Shown here piece after piece: positions 38,888-48,129 of a stretch of DNA of 64,000 bases. Within the stretch, counting starts at the first letter, position 1; each line of letters opens with the position of its first letter. The stretch spans positions 61,113 through 125,112 of the forward strand of contig JAHFUS010000001.1 in assembly GCA_023264975.1 (NCBI GenBank). The letters are read 5' to 3'. The DNA comes from Actinomycetes bacterium. GTDB taxonomy: Bacteria > Actinomycetota > Acidimicrobiia > Acidimicrobiales > GCA-2861595. The notes beneath the pieces were generated by a model that was not told the DNA's origin, did not search any database, and saw nothing but the letters and a program-made list of their open reading frames with translations. A program made the position numbers and the translations under genes.

Positions 38888-39561
38888 GCGAGCCGGGGAT
38901 GATCGCGGGCAGGCCGGGGCGGCAGCACTTCCACCAGCGCATCGACTCCCTCCAGCGGACTGTTGTGGCCATCGGGCACGAAGTGGCCCGCTCCATTGCC
39001 GACGCCACCGAGGCGTGGCTGCGCCGGGACTGCGACGCCGGGATGCGGGTCGACGCCCGCACCGCCGGCTGGTCGGCCCGGGCCCGCGACGTCGAATTGG
39101 CCGTGTACGAGTTGATCGCAACGCAGCAACCCATGGCGATCGACCTGCGCCATCTCGTCGCCCTCGTGCGCGTGACCGAGGCTGTTTCCCGATCGGGTGA
39201 CCTGGTCGCCCACATCGCCCGCTCCGCCTGCTTCGAGCGGGAGCCGGACGCCTTCAGCCCCGCCCTGCGTACGCTCGTCGTGGAGATGGCCACGGTGGCA
39301 GCCAGCCAGTTCAGCGCCGCCCTGTCGGCCTTCGAGGCCGAGGACGCCAAGGCCGGGCACAGGGTGGAGGCGTCGGACGAGGACCTCGACCTGCTCCACC
39401 GCGAGCTGTTCGCCAAGTTGCTCACCGGACCGCTAGAAACGGCGCCCGCCATCGACCTCGCCCTGCTGGGCCGCTTCTACGAGCGGCTGGGCGACCATGC
39501 TGTGGAGATCGCCCGGCGGATCACCTTTGTCTCCAACGGGGACGCGCACGCCGACGCCTAG
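38884..39561 (+). CDS. PhoU family protein (copy 3)
   Basis: GTGA overlap with copy 2. Motifs VSRSGDLVAHI and FYERLGDHAVEI. Confidence 0.8.
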   Translation: MSEPGMIAGRPGRQHFHQRIDSLQRTVVAIGHEVARSIADATEAWLRRDCDAGMRVDARTAGWSARARDVELAVYELIATQQPMAIDLRHLVALVRVTEAVSRSGDLVAHIARSACFEREPDAFSPALRTLVVEMATVAASQFSAALSAFEAEDAKAGHRVEASDEDLDLLHRELFAKLLTGPLETAPAIDLALLGRFYERLGDHAVEIARRITFVSNGDAHADA

Positions 39562-39665
39562 GCGCGACGAGAACCGGCGATGAACGCAGGACCAAAAGGA
39601 ACTGGGTTGTCCCGAGCCTGTGGACGGTCGGGCGGGTCGGGGCCGGCGGCGTCAGGCTGGAGCCC

Positions 39666-40427
39666 GTGACGCCGTTGCCGCTCGTCACCGCCGCGGGGGC
39701 CGCCGTCGGCGGCCTGGTCGGTATCTTCGGCGTCGGCGGCTCGTCGATCGCCGGGCCCCTGCTGGCCCTGGCCGGCGTTCCTTCGCTCGCCGCCATCGCT
39801 TCCCCCTTGCCCGCCGCCATACCGACCGCGATGGTGGCCGCCCGCCCCTACGTCCGCAGTGGTGACGCCCGCCGGGCAGCGGCCGCCTGGACCCTGCTCG
39901 GGGCGGTACCGGCCACGGTGGCCGGTGGCCTGTTGTCGCGGGCGGTGGGAGGCCCGGCGTTGCTGTTGGCCTCCGGTGCGATCCTGGTGCCCGTCGGGCT
40001 GCGCGTCCTCCTCCCCGTCAGCGACGGCGCCAGGGAGACCGGCGCACGGCGGCGCCAAGACCGTCCGCTCCTCGTGGCCAGCGCCGCCTGCGTCGGCCTG
40101 GTGAGTGGGCTTCTGGCCAACGGTGGCGGCTTCCTTCTCGTGCCGCTCTACGTGCTCGCATTCGGTCTCCGCATGCGACAGGCGGTCGGCACCAGCCTGC
40201 TTGTGGTAGCCGCCCTGTCGGTGCCGAACCTGATCACCCACTGGGCGCTCGGTCACATCGACTGGGCTGTGGCCGGCGCCTTCGCAGTGGGGGCGCTTCC
40301 CGCCAGCTTCGCCGCCTCCCGCTGGACCGGCCACTTCGGAGCAGGCAGGCAGCGTCGGTTCTTCGGCCTCTTCCTCATCGCCTTCGGGCTGGTCTTCACG
40401 GCCTATCGCCTGTGGCAGGGGTCGTAG
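39666..40427 (+). CDS. TauE/SafE (TSUP) family anion-exporter-like membrane protein
   Basis: 253 aa with about 8 TM helices and duplicated G-rich motifs (GIFGVGGSSIAGPLL; LLANGGGFLLVPL). Confidence 0.7.
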   Translation: MTPLPLVTAAGAAVGGLVGIFGVGGSSIAGPLLALAGVPSLAAIASPLPAAIPTAMVAARPYVRSGDARRAAAAWTLLGAVPATVAGGLLSRAVGGPALLLASGAILVPVGLRVLLPVSDGARETGARRRQDRPLLVASAACVGLVSGLLANGGGFLLVPLYVLAFGLRMRQAVGTSLLVVAALSVPNLITHWALGHIDWAVAGAFAVGALPASFAASRWTGHFGAGRQRRFFGLFLIAFGLVFTAYRLWQGS

Positions 40428-40531
40428 TCCCGGCAGCGGGCGAGCCGGACCGTGCGACTTCACCGGACGTTCATCACACGGTGCGTCGACGGCTACCGGC
40501 CGGCCAACCCGGCTCCCTACCGTTTCCAGCG

Positions 40532-41371
40532 ATGCCTCCTCCTGCCGACGGGCGAATCGGTACGGAGGGGGCCAGGACGCAGAGGATCCTCGTCACCAAT
40601 GACGACGGCATCATGGCGCCGGGCCTCCACGCGCTGGTACTGGCCAGCACCGCTCTGGCCGCCAACGTGATGGTGGTGGCGCCCCGCCACGACGAGAGCG
40701 GGTGCGGCGCCGCCATCGGCCCGCTCCGGCCCGGCGGGAGCGAGTCCTTCGAGCCGGTCACCCTGCCCGGCCTGGAGGACGTGCTTGCTTTCCGCACTGA
40801 CTGCACGCCGGCGCTCGCGGTGCTCAGCACCTGCCTCGCCGGCGGGGAGAACAGCCCCGACATCGTGCTCTCCGGCGTCAATGCCGGCCTGAACGTGGGC
40901 CTGGCCGTGCTCCACTCCGGCACGGTCGGCGCCGCCCTCACGGCGGCCAACCTCGGCCTGCCGGCGATCGCCGTCAGCCTCGATGCCGGGCGGGGCCCGC
41001 ATTGGCGTACGGCGGCGGCGGTGGCGGTCGCCGCCGTCCGCTGGCTGTCGGCCAACCGGCTGCCGGTCACCCTCAACATCAACGTGCCGGACGTCGCCCT
41101 CGAGGAGCTGGCCGGCGTGCGGGCGGCAAACCTCGGCCGGTTCGCACGACCCCAGGTCGTGCCCTCCCGGGCGCGCCCGTTGCCAGATGCCGACCTCGAC
41201 AGCGACGCCGCCCTGGTGCGACGCCGGTTCGCGACCGTCACCGTCCTGCACGGCCTGCGCGAGGCCGGCTACGAGACGGGCGCAGCTGCCGCCTCGTACG
41301 TCGAGACGACGCTGTCGGACAACTTCGGCCTGCCGTCACCGCTCGTCGGTGGACCTCGCCTCCGCACCTGA
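40532..41371 (+). CDS. surE: 5'/3'-nucleotidase SurE
   Basis: RILVTNDDGIMAPGLHAL and SGVNAGLNVG..VLHSGTVGAA are SurE signatures. ATG at 40532 lies within ORF 40412..41371. Confidence 0.85.
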   Translation: MPPPADGRIGTEGARTQRILVTNDDGIMAPGLHALVLASTALAANVMVVAPRHDESGCGAAIGPLRPGGSESFEPVTLPGLEDVLAFRTDCTPALAVLSTCLAGGENSPDIVLSGVNAGLNVGLAVLHSGTVGAALTAANLGLPAIAVSLDAGRGPHWRTAAAVAVAAVRWLSANRLPVTLNINVPDVALEELAGVRAANLGRFARPQVVPSRARPLPDADLDSDAALVRRRFATVTVLHGLREAGYETGAAAASYVETTLSDNFGLPSPLVGGPRLRT

Positions 41372-41382
41372 GCAGTCCAGGC

Positions 41383-42609
41383 TCAGCCCTTCACTGCCGC
41401 CAGCGCGTCCTTCAGCGCCGCCTCGGTCGGGTCGCCGTCACCAATCGCATACCGGTCGGAACCCGCGCTGTAGAAGGGGGACTTCACCCACAGGAGGTAC
41501 CCCGAGGCGCCGGCGTCGAGCGCCGCCCGGATCTTGGCGCGGAAGAACGTCGCCCGCTGGGTGAGGGACTCCGGCGTGATGGGATCAGGACTGCAGGTGG
41601 GCCACGGGTCGCAGCTGGCAGGACCGCCGTCGGACTTCACATTGCCCTGGATGCCCGCCTCGCCGACGAAGATCGGCTTCGCACCATGGGCGAGGCCGGC
41701 GCAGTCCCGCAGGCGCTGCGCCAGTTGGTCAGCGCCGCCCGGCATGGAGGCGGCGGCGGCCCCGTAGTCGTGGTACTCGCAGAGGTCCACCGCCCCGTCG
41801 TGCACGTACTTGAAGGCCTCGCTGCCGGCCATCCCGCACTGGTTCCCGCCGATCGTGCCGAGGTTCACCAGATGGTTGGCGTCGACCGCCTTGATAGCGC
41901 CGGTCACGTCGTCGGCGAAGGCGCGCAAGGCGCGCTTCCCGGCTTCGTTGTCGCAACGGACCTGGCCTGACGGGTCGACGGTGTTGGCCTGGGCTTCGTT
42001 GACCAGTTGCCACATGGCGATGTCGGGGTTGTCGGCATAGCGCTGCGCGACCTCGACTGCGAAGTCGCGGTAGGACAGGGAATGCCCGGCGTCGGGTGAT
42101 CGGTAGCCACCCTGGTACCAGTCGATCGTCTTCTCTGCCCCGCTCCCGCCGTCGCACCCGCCGTTCCACTGGTCGGTCAGCGTGGCGACGATGCGGAGGC
42201 CGCTCCGCCTGATGGCGCCGAGCGCCCGATCGAACGGCTCCCAGTTCCCCGGGCCGCCGTTGGTCTGGAAGAACCACATCCGGACGGCATTGGCGCCCGA
42301 ATCCGCCTTGACGACGTCGAGGTAGTGGTCGAACTCCCCCTCCTGCATCACGAAGGGGTTCGCGCACGGGAGATTGTAGCCGACGAACCGCCACGGGCCG
42401 CCGTCCGCCACGAGCTGGCCCCCGGACCTCTCCACGAACCCGAGGGCGGCGGCAGGCACCGTTGTGGGCGCCGTCGGGCTGGTGGCGGGCAGGTTGACGT
42501 CGTCGGGCGGCCGCACCGCGACCGGGCCTGGTCTGGTGGCACAAGCCCCGAGCACCAGCACGGCCGACGCCACGATCACCCTGGCGAGCGGCAGGCGGAG
42601 CGGGCTCAA
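41383..42609 (-). CDS. GH5-type glycoside hydrolase lipoprotein (beta-mannanase/cellulase-like)
   Basis: TTG at 42609 overlaps the stop of the upstream remnant (TTGA). Signal/lipobox VLVLGAC. NAVRMWFF, WQLVNEAQ (NE acid/base) and FVGEAG (nucleophile context) are typical of clan GH-A/GH5. Confidence 0.7.
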   Translation of the reverse strand: MSPLRLPLARVIVASAVLVLGACATRPGPVAVRPPDDVNLPATSPTAPTTVPAAALGFVERSGGQLVADGGPWRFVGYNLPCANPFVMQEGEFDHYLDVVKADSGANAVRMWFFQTNGGPGNWEPFDRALGAIRRSGLRIVATLTDQWNGGCDGGSGAEKTIDWYQGGYRSPDAGHSLSYRDFAVEVAQRYADNPDIAMWQLVNEAQANTVDPSGQVRCDNEAGKRALRAFADDVTGAIKAVDANHLVNLGTIGGNQCGMAGSEAFKYVHDGAVDLCEYHDYGAAAASMPGGADQLAQRLRDCAGLAHGAKPIFVGEAGIQGNVKSDGGPASCDPWPTCSPDPITPESLTQRATFFRAKIRAALDAGASGYLLWVKSPFYSAGSDRYAIGDGDPTEAALKDALAAVKG

Positions 42610-43028
42610 GCGAGGCGACCCCCGCCCGCATGGTGACCGCCGGCGCGCCTCCTCCTCGTCATGACGAACGCTCCGCCGCCGAGCACGGCCAGGGCGGAGG
42701 CGGGCAGAAGGACCTCCATCCCAACGGGCGCTTCGGGCGGGGCAGGCGGCGGGCCACCCTTGTGGGCACGCCGGACGGTTGCCGGAGTCGCCGAAGAACA
42801 CGTTGGTGGCGGTCGGAGACTCGAGCCGGGCAGACGAGGCGGGCCCCCGTCACCCGACATCCCACCGTCGCCGGTCGAGCCCGAGGCTCCGGTGCCGGCG
42901 TAGGTGACGATGATGTTGTCCGTGGCTGCGCCGGCCGGGGCGGTAGCGGCGAGCGCGGCCGCACCTCCGGCAACCCTGAGGCAACGACGGAGCGACGATG
43001 GCGACGGCGGAAGTGCGTTCGGTGACAC
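42606..43028 (-). pseudogene. Decayed paralogue of the NHL-repeat surface protein (open 140-aa ORF, internally frame-scrambled)
   Basis: The ends match the neighbouring NHL gene (DNIIVTYAGTGASGSTGDGG.. and ..VRRAHKGGPPPAPPEAP + TM + RRRR). The NHL core ..PASSARLESPTATNVFFGDSGN is encoded in a different frame for about 42778-42843. Confidence 0.6.
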
Positions 43029-43140
43029 TGGAACCCCTTTGTAGAGGAGCGGGCCCGCCGGCTGACAGGCGAAAGCCGAGTCGCCGTCGTTTGTTCAACC
43101 GTCCGCCACCTCTGATCCAGATGGTGGACACACCACCGCG

Positions 43141-43179
43141 CCGATCACCGCGCACCCGGGGCGGATGCGCGGTGATCGG
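43141..43179 (-). terminator. Strong stem-loop downstream of the NHL-repeat gene
   Basis: Perfect 14-bp inverted repeat CCGATCACCGCGCA-(11 nt)-TGCGCGGTGATCGG, 19 nt past the stop. No U-tract. Confidence 0.5.
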
Positions 43180-43197
43180 GTGCGGGAGGATGCTTCG

Positions 43198-44454
43198 CTA
43201 GACGGCGAGCGGGCGCCCCGCCGTCCGTCCCGTCCGCCGCCGGGCCACGACCACGCCGCCGGCGAGCAGCACCGCCGCGCTGCCTGCCATCAGCAGGTTG
43301 GTGCCCTCGGACAGCGCCGGAGGGGGCCCGTTCTTGTGCACGCGGCGCACCCGCTGGTTCGCCGTGTCACCGAAGAAGACGTTGCTCGCATCGGTGGTCA
43401 CGCCGCCGACCGGGGCGATCTTGGCCAGTTCGGCCGGCCCGTTGTCTCCCGAGTAGCCGAACGAACCGTTGCCGGCGAAGGTGGAGATGACGCCGGACGC
43501 CGTGACCTGCCGGAGCCTGGCGTTCCCGGAGTCGACGATGTACACGTTGCCGAGCGGGTCCTGGGCGACGCCGAGAGGCCACTGGACCTTGGCTGACGTC
43601 GCCTGGCCCCCGTCACCGGAGAACCCGCCGTTGCCCGTGCCCGCGAAGGCGGTGATCGTGCCGCCGCTCACCTTGCGGACCTGGCTGTTGGCCGTGTCGG
43701 CGATGAGGAGCGCGGAGCCGGAGATGCTGAGGCCGGTCGGGGCGCAGAGGCTGGCGTTCGTGGCTGCACCGCTGTTGCCGGAGAGCCTGCAGCCGCCGCT
43801 CGAGTGCTTGTTGTAGTTGTCGCCACGGAAGGCCTTACCGGCGAAGGTGGAGATGACGCCGTTGGCCGCGACCTTGCGGACCACGTTGTTGTCGGTGTCG
43901 GCGATATAGAGGTTGCCGGAGCTGTCGACGGCGAGGCCTGTCGGCGTGTCGAGCTTGGCGGAAGTCGCCTGCCCGCCGTCACCGCTGTAGCCCGCCTGTC
44001 CGTTCCCGGCGACGGTCGTTATGATGCCGCCGGCGATCTTGCGGACCCGGTTGTTCCCGGTGTCGGCGATGTACAGCACACCGGCGCTGGTCACGGCGAT
44101 GCCCGCAGGGAAGCTCAGCTTGGCGCTCACGGCCGGGCACCCATCGCCCGAATAGCCGCTCGTGCCGGTGCCGGCGACGGTCGTGATGGCCTGCGTTGCG
44201 TTGACCTTGCGGACGCGGTGGTTGCCGGTGTCGTCGAAGAAGATGTTGGCGGCGTTGTCGAGGACGACGCCGCTCGGCAGGCTCAGCTTCGCCGCCGTCG
44301 CCGGGCCGCCGTCACCGGAGTAGCCGAGCTGGCCGTTGCCGGCGTAGGTCACGATGATGTTGTTCGACGCCGCCGCTGCGGGCGCCGCCGACAAGGCCAG
44401 CAGGGCAGAAACGACGAACGCACTTTTCACGGGCTGTGAAAGACGCATGGACAA
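43198..44454 (-). CDS. Secreted six-bladed NHL-repeat beta-propeller protein with PEP-CTERM-like C-terminal tail
   Basis: Signal peptide (..LSAAPAAAAS). Six repeats of the form (I/V)xT(F/V/Y)AGxGxxGYSGDGGxA..AxLxxPxG(V/L)..Dxxx(N)(I/L/V)(F/Y)(F/I)(A/D)DTxNxxVRKV. The tail is PPPALSEGTNLLMAGSAAVLLAGGVVVARRR. SD GGAGGAG. Confidence 0.85.
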   Translation of the reverse strand: MSMRLSQPVKSAFVVSALLALSAAPAAAASNNIIVTYAGNGQLGYSGDGGPATAAKLSLPSGVVLDNAANIFFDDTGNHRVRKVNATQAITTVAGTGTSGYSGDGCPAVSAKLSFPAGIAVTSAGVLYIADTGNNRVRKIAGGIITTVAGNGQAGYSGDGGQATSAKLDTPTGLAVDSSGNLYIADTDNNVVRKVAANGVISTFAGKAFRGDNYNKHSSGGCRLSGNSGAATNASLCAPTGLSISGSALLIADTANSQVRKVSGGTITAFAGTGNGGFSGDGGQATSAKVQWPLGVAQDPLGNVYIVDSGNARLRQVTASGVISTFAGNGSFGYSGDNGPAELAKIAPVGGVTTDASNVFFGDTANQRVRRVHKNGPPPALSEGTNLLMAGSAAVLLAGGVVVARRRTGRTAGRPLAV

Positions 44455-44578
44455 GAACTCCTCCGAAAAAGTGGTGGGGCAAGGGGGTGCACTTCGGTTG
44501 TAGTCGGCCTGTCCGCCGATGGCGAGGGTTCCGGCCGTGTCTTTCCGGACCGTTCACCATGTGGCCACTTGGCGGATC

Positions 44579-44627
44579 GCCGCCGTCCTGCGGCGGCCCC
44601 TTTCGGCCGGCTGCGCAGGTGCTGCGC
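44579..44627 (-). terminator. Two short GC hairpins downstream of the methyltransferase gene
   Basis: GCGCAG-gtg-CTGCGC (44613-44627) and GCCGCCG-tcctg-CGGCGGC (44579-44597). No U-tract. Confidence 0.3.
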
Positions 44628-44641
44628 GCATCCATCTCGCG

Positions 44642-45346
44642 TCAGCAGTGACGCCGGGCCGCGGCCGCGTACTGCCCGCCGAGCGGCACGGAGGACAGCA
44701 TCCGGTCGAGGGCGGAACCCGGCAGCCCACCGAGCGGAGAGAACAGGAAGTTGTGGATCTCGGCCGGGCCTGCTCCTGCTGCGTGCAGGAGCCTCCTGGC
44801 CCGGGCTTGGGGGACAAGGACAGCGTCGTGGTCGAACTCGCAGGCGTTCACGGCCCGGCGGGTCAGAGGGTTGAGCCGGTTGTGCTCGATGATCACGACC
44901 AGGCCGCCCGGACGGGTGGCGCGCACCAGTTCGGCGGTGAACGACGACCAGCGGTCGGGCGGCACGTGGTGCAGGACGCAGATGGTCACCACCAGGTCGA
45001 ACGATCCTTCGGCGAACGGGAGCCTGCTCCCGTCGAAGAACTCGTAGGAGCAGCCCGGGTCCCGTTGCCGGGCCTGCTCCACCATGAGCGGCGAGACATC
45101 CACCCCGTGCACCGAACCCACGTGGGGCTTCAGCATCGCCCCGGTGACGCCGGCGCCACAGCCCACGTCGAGCACGGAGGCGGTCGCCATCGAGTCGAGG
45201 TGGCGCGTGCCGATACGGCGCAGCACGTCGACCTTGCGTTGGTGGAAGAACTCGATCCTGCGGCCGGTGAACCCGACGGACCGTTCCACCGACTCGGTGT
45301 AGTCGCCGGCGTACGTGTCGAACGACGCTGCCACCGGTTCAGCCAC
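44642..45346 (-). CDS. Class I SAM-dependent methyltransferase
   Basis: Motif I VLDVGCGAGVTG and post-I/II FDLVVTICVLHHV. It has an 8-nt overlap with the upstream GT2 gene. Confidence 0.8.
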   Translation of the reverse strand: MAEPVAASFDTYAGDYTESVERSVGFTGRRIEFFHQRKVDVLRRIGTRHLDSMATASVLDVGCGAGVTGAMLKPHVGSVHGVDVSPLMVEQARQRDPGCSYEFFDGSRLPFAEGSFDLVVTICVLHHVPPDRWSSFTAELVRATRPGGLVVIIEHNRLNPLTRRAVNACEFDHDAVLVPQARARRLLHAAGAGPAEIHNFLFSPLGGLPGSALDRMLSSVPLGGQYAAAARRHC

Positions 45347-46358
45347 CGGCAGAGATCAGGCGGTCGAGATCGACCACCGAGTGGGGCTCGGCCAGGACTG
45401 CCCGGCGGGGAGGCACCATCGGGGGCAGCAGGCCGTGGAGGGCGCTCACGACGTAGAGGGGCCGTTCGATGGCCTCCTCGTAGGTGCGCCCGAGGTACTC
45501 GCCGATCATCCCCATGACGGCCAGCTGGGTGCCGCCGAGGAAGGTAACCGTCACCACCACCGATGCCCAGCCCGGGACGAGGTAGATGCCCGAGACGAAG
45601 AGACCGATTGCGGCGATGCCGAACAGCAGGGCGAGGGCGGCCACCAGCATTCCGGCGTGAAGGACGAGCCGGAGTGGCGTGCGGGAGAATCCCACCACGC
45701 CGTCGGTGGCGAGGCGCATCATCTTTCGAAACGTGTACTTGGTGGCCCCCGCCGCCCGCACCTGGCGGGCATAGGGCACACCGACCTGGCGGAAACCCAT
45801 CCACGCGAACATCCCCCGTACATACCGGCTTCCCTCCCGCATCGACTTGAACGCTTCGACGGCCCGGCGGTCGACGAGGCGGAAGTCGCCCACCTCGGCG
45901 GGGATCTTCACGTCGGAGAGCTTGCCGAGGAGCCTGTAGAAGAGGCTGGCCGTGACCCGCTTCGCCCACGAGTCGGTGCTCCGGTCGGTGCGCAGGCCGT
46001 AGACGATCTCGTAGCCCTCACGCCACTTCGCCGCCATCTCCAGGACGACCTCGGGAGGGTCCTGGAGATCGGCGTCCATGATGACCACCGCCTGGCCGGC
46101 GGCAAGGTCGATGCCCGCGGTGATGGCGATCTGGTGCCCGAAGTTCCGGGCCAGGTTGACGATCTGGAAACGTCGGTCCTTGTCGTGCAGCGCCCGGATG
46201 TACTCGTAGCTCCCGTCCGTACTCCCGTCGTTGACGAAGATCACCTCGGAGGGGCCGTCGAGTTCGTCGAGCAGGCTCACGAGGCGCCCCTCCAACACGG
46301 GGAGCACCTTCTCCTCGTTGTAGATCGGGATGACGATGGAATATGTGACGTCGTTCAT
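45339..46358 (-). CDS. GT2 polyprenyl-phosphate sugar synthase-like glycosyltransferase (GtrB/ArnC/Dpm1 type)
   Basis: YSIVIPIYNEEKVLP, FVNDGSTDGS and VIMDADLQDPPE, plus two C-terminal TM helices. ATG at 46358 is preceded by AGGAG. Confidence 0.8.
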   Translation of the reverse strand: MNDVTYSIVIPIYNEEKVLPVLEGRLVSLLDELDGPSEVIFVNDGSTDGSYEYIRALHDKDRRFQIVNLARNFGHQIAITAGIDLAAGQAVVIMDADLQDPPEVVLEMAAKWREGYEIVYGLRTDRSTDSWAKRVTASLFYRLLGKLSDVKIPAEVGDFRLVDRRAVEAFKSMREGSRYVRGMFAWMGFRQVGVPYARQVRAAGATKYTFRKMMRLATDGVVGFSRTPLRLVLHAGMLVAALALLFGIAAIGLFVSGIYLVPGWASVVVTVTFLGGTQLAVMGMIGEYLGRTYEEAIERPLYVVSALHGLLPPMVPPRRAVLAEPHSVVDLDRLISAGG

Positions 46359-46383
46359 CTGCAGACTCCTGTCGAGGGGCCGA

Positions 46384-48129
46384 TCATTGGTCCTGCACCG
46401 CGTAGAGACGGAAGGCCGGGCAACCGATCTCCCGGAACGCCTTGGCAGGCTCGGGGTCGACGACGCCGCCACCGTCGGTCGCCAGCGTGGGGTACGCCGT
46501 GTTGACGGCATCGAGTCCGGCGAGCGTGCCATCGGCGGGAGCCAGGATGTACCGGGCGCCGAAGGTCGACGGGCTCTCGAGCACCTGGTGGAAGTCCCGG
46601 TCGTTGGTGATCACGAACTGCTTCGGGTGCTTCGACGCCAGGATGATGAAGGGAACGCACGGCGAGAAGGTGTCGGTGACGATCGACCCGTCCGGGAGGT
46701 GGAGCCCGTCGAGGGAGCCGGCGATCCGCGAACTCGCAGGATGGAGCTCCCGCTCCCGGAGTGAGCGGGCCCGGGGCGTGGGCGCCAGGTCGGTGGTCAC
46801 ATGGGGGGCGGGCCGGAAGACGTGGGAGAGATGGAGGTACTCCTCCTGGCCGATCCCGGGATTGGCCATGGCCACGCCCTCGCCGACGAGCGAGGGGAGG
46901 ACGGCTGCGGCCATTGCCAGCAGCGCATACGGTCGCCGGCCCGTACGTGCGCGGGACGCCTGCGCCCGATGGCCGGCAGCGCCGGCCGGCGCCGGCGCGA
47001 GCAGGCCTGCGGTCAGCACGACGAGCAAGGGAGCGGCGGTCATGAAGTACCGGAACCAGCCGGCCGTCTGACCGGCGAGATAGGCGATGAAGGCGAAGGC
47101 GAGCACCGCACCGAGGAGGGCGATCGGGGCGAGGAGGCGGAGGTCCCGGTCACGGACGACGCGCCGGAGGGACAGGAGCACGACCACCGCCAGCAGCGGC
47201 GCCATGAGGAGCGACATCTGCACGGCCAGGCCACGGTCGGCGAGCTTGAAGCCGACCGCTGTCATCGCGCCGAGCTGCGACGCCGTGCCGTACTGGGAGC
47301 TGAACTGCTCGAAGGGGTGGCGGACAATGATCCAGCTGGCGACTGCCCAGGTGACGAAGGCGAAGAACCCCGGCAGCACGACGATGACCGCATCCGCCAC
47401 GCCTGCCCGCACCCGCTCCCGGGTGCTGCCGCGCGTGCGATGGACCTGGACGGCGAAGACCAGGAAGGTCACGCAGGCGATGGCGGCGACCGCTTCATTC
47501 CGTGCGAAATAGGCGAAGCCGAGCACGATGGCGGTGCCGATGAGAGGTCTCGTGCTTCCCGACTCGAGGTAGCGCATCAGGTAGCGGGTCGCCAGCGTGA
47601 GCAGGAAGAGGAAGAGGCCTTCGCTCATGCCGTTCGCCCCGTAATAGATCACCATCGGATGGATGGCGAAGAGCAGGGAGAGCAGGACGGCCTCGGTGCG
47701 GCGGAGCCGCAGGTCGGCCAGCAACCCGCGGAGGACGGCCACGGTGCCGGCCATGAACACCGCCGACATGATGTTGCCGGCGAAGGCCCGCTCGGCCAGG
47801 GCGGGCCAGACCTTCGAGAGCAGCAGGACAGGGAGCACCGACATCGACGGCAGCGGGTTCCACACGAACCCGATGGCGGCCAGGTGGGGATCGCGGCTGA
47901 ACAGCACGTAGTAGGCGTTGCCCACACGCGCCTGGGCGTCGCCGTTGAAGCTGTCGAAGTGGAAGGCCAGCAGGGCCCCGAGAGCGAGGTAGACGAAAAC
48001 GGCGATGGCGAACCACCAGGCGAGCCCGTGGGTTCGGCGGCGGCGGCGGCGGCCGGGGACGCCGAGCACGTCCGGCGCCGGCACCGGGGCGGTCCGTGGC
48101 CGCTCGAGAAGGGTGCCGGTCGCCGTCAT
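46384..48129 (-). CDS. GT-C-fold polytopic membrane glycosyltransferase (ArnT/PMT-like) with C-terminal extracytoplasmic domain
   Basis: About 12 TM helices and a first loop with FNGDAQARVGNAYYV. It has a soluble tail of about 170 aa. ATG at 48129 overlaps the upstream stop (ATGA). The family call is based on architecture only. Confidence 0.55.
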   Translation of the reverse strand: MTATGTLLERPRTAPVPAPDVLGVPGRRRRRRTHGLAWWFAIAVFVYLALGALLAFHFDSFNGDAQARVGNAYYVLFSRDPHLAAIGFVWNPLPSMSVLPVLLLSKVWPALAERAFAGNIMSAVFMAGTVAVLRGLLADLRLRRTEAVLLSLLFAIHPMVIYYGANGMSEGLFLFLLTLATRYLMRYLESGSTRPLIGTAIVLGFAYFARNEAVAAIACVTFLVFAVQVHRTRGSTRERVRAGVADAVIVVLPGFFAFVTWAVASWIIVRHPFEQFSSQYGTASQLGAMTAVGFKLADRGLAVQMSLLMAPLLAVVVLLSLRRVVRDRDLRLLAPIALLGAVLAFAFIAYLAGQTAGWFRYFMTAAPLLVVLTAGLLAPAPAGAAGHRAQASRARTGRRPYALLAMAAAVLPSLVGEGVAMANPGIGQEEYLHLSHVFRPAPHVTTDLAPTPRARSLRERELHPASSRIAGSLDGLHLPDGSIVTDTFSPCVPFIILASKHPKQFVITNDRDFHQVLESPSTFGARYILAPADGTLAGLDAVNTAYPTLATDGGGVVDPEPAKAFREIGCPAFRLYAVQDQ

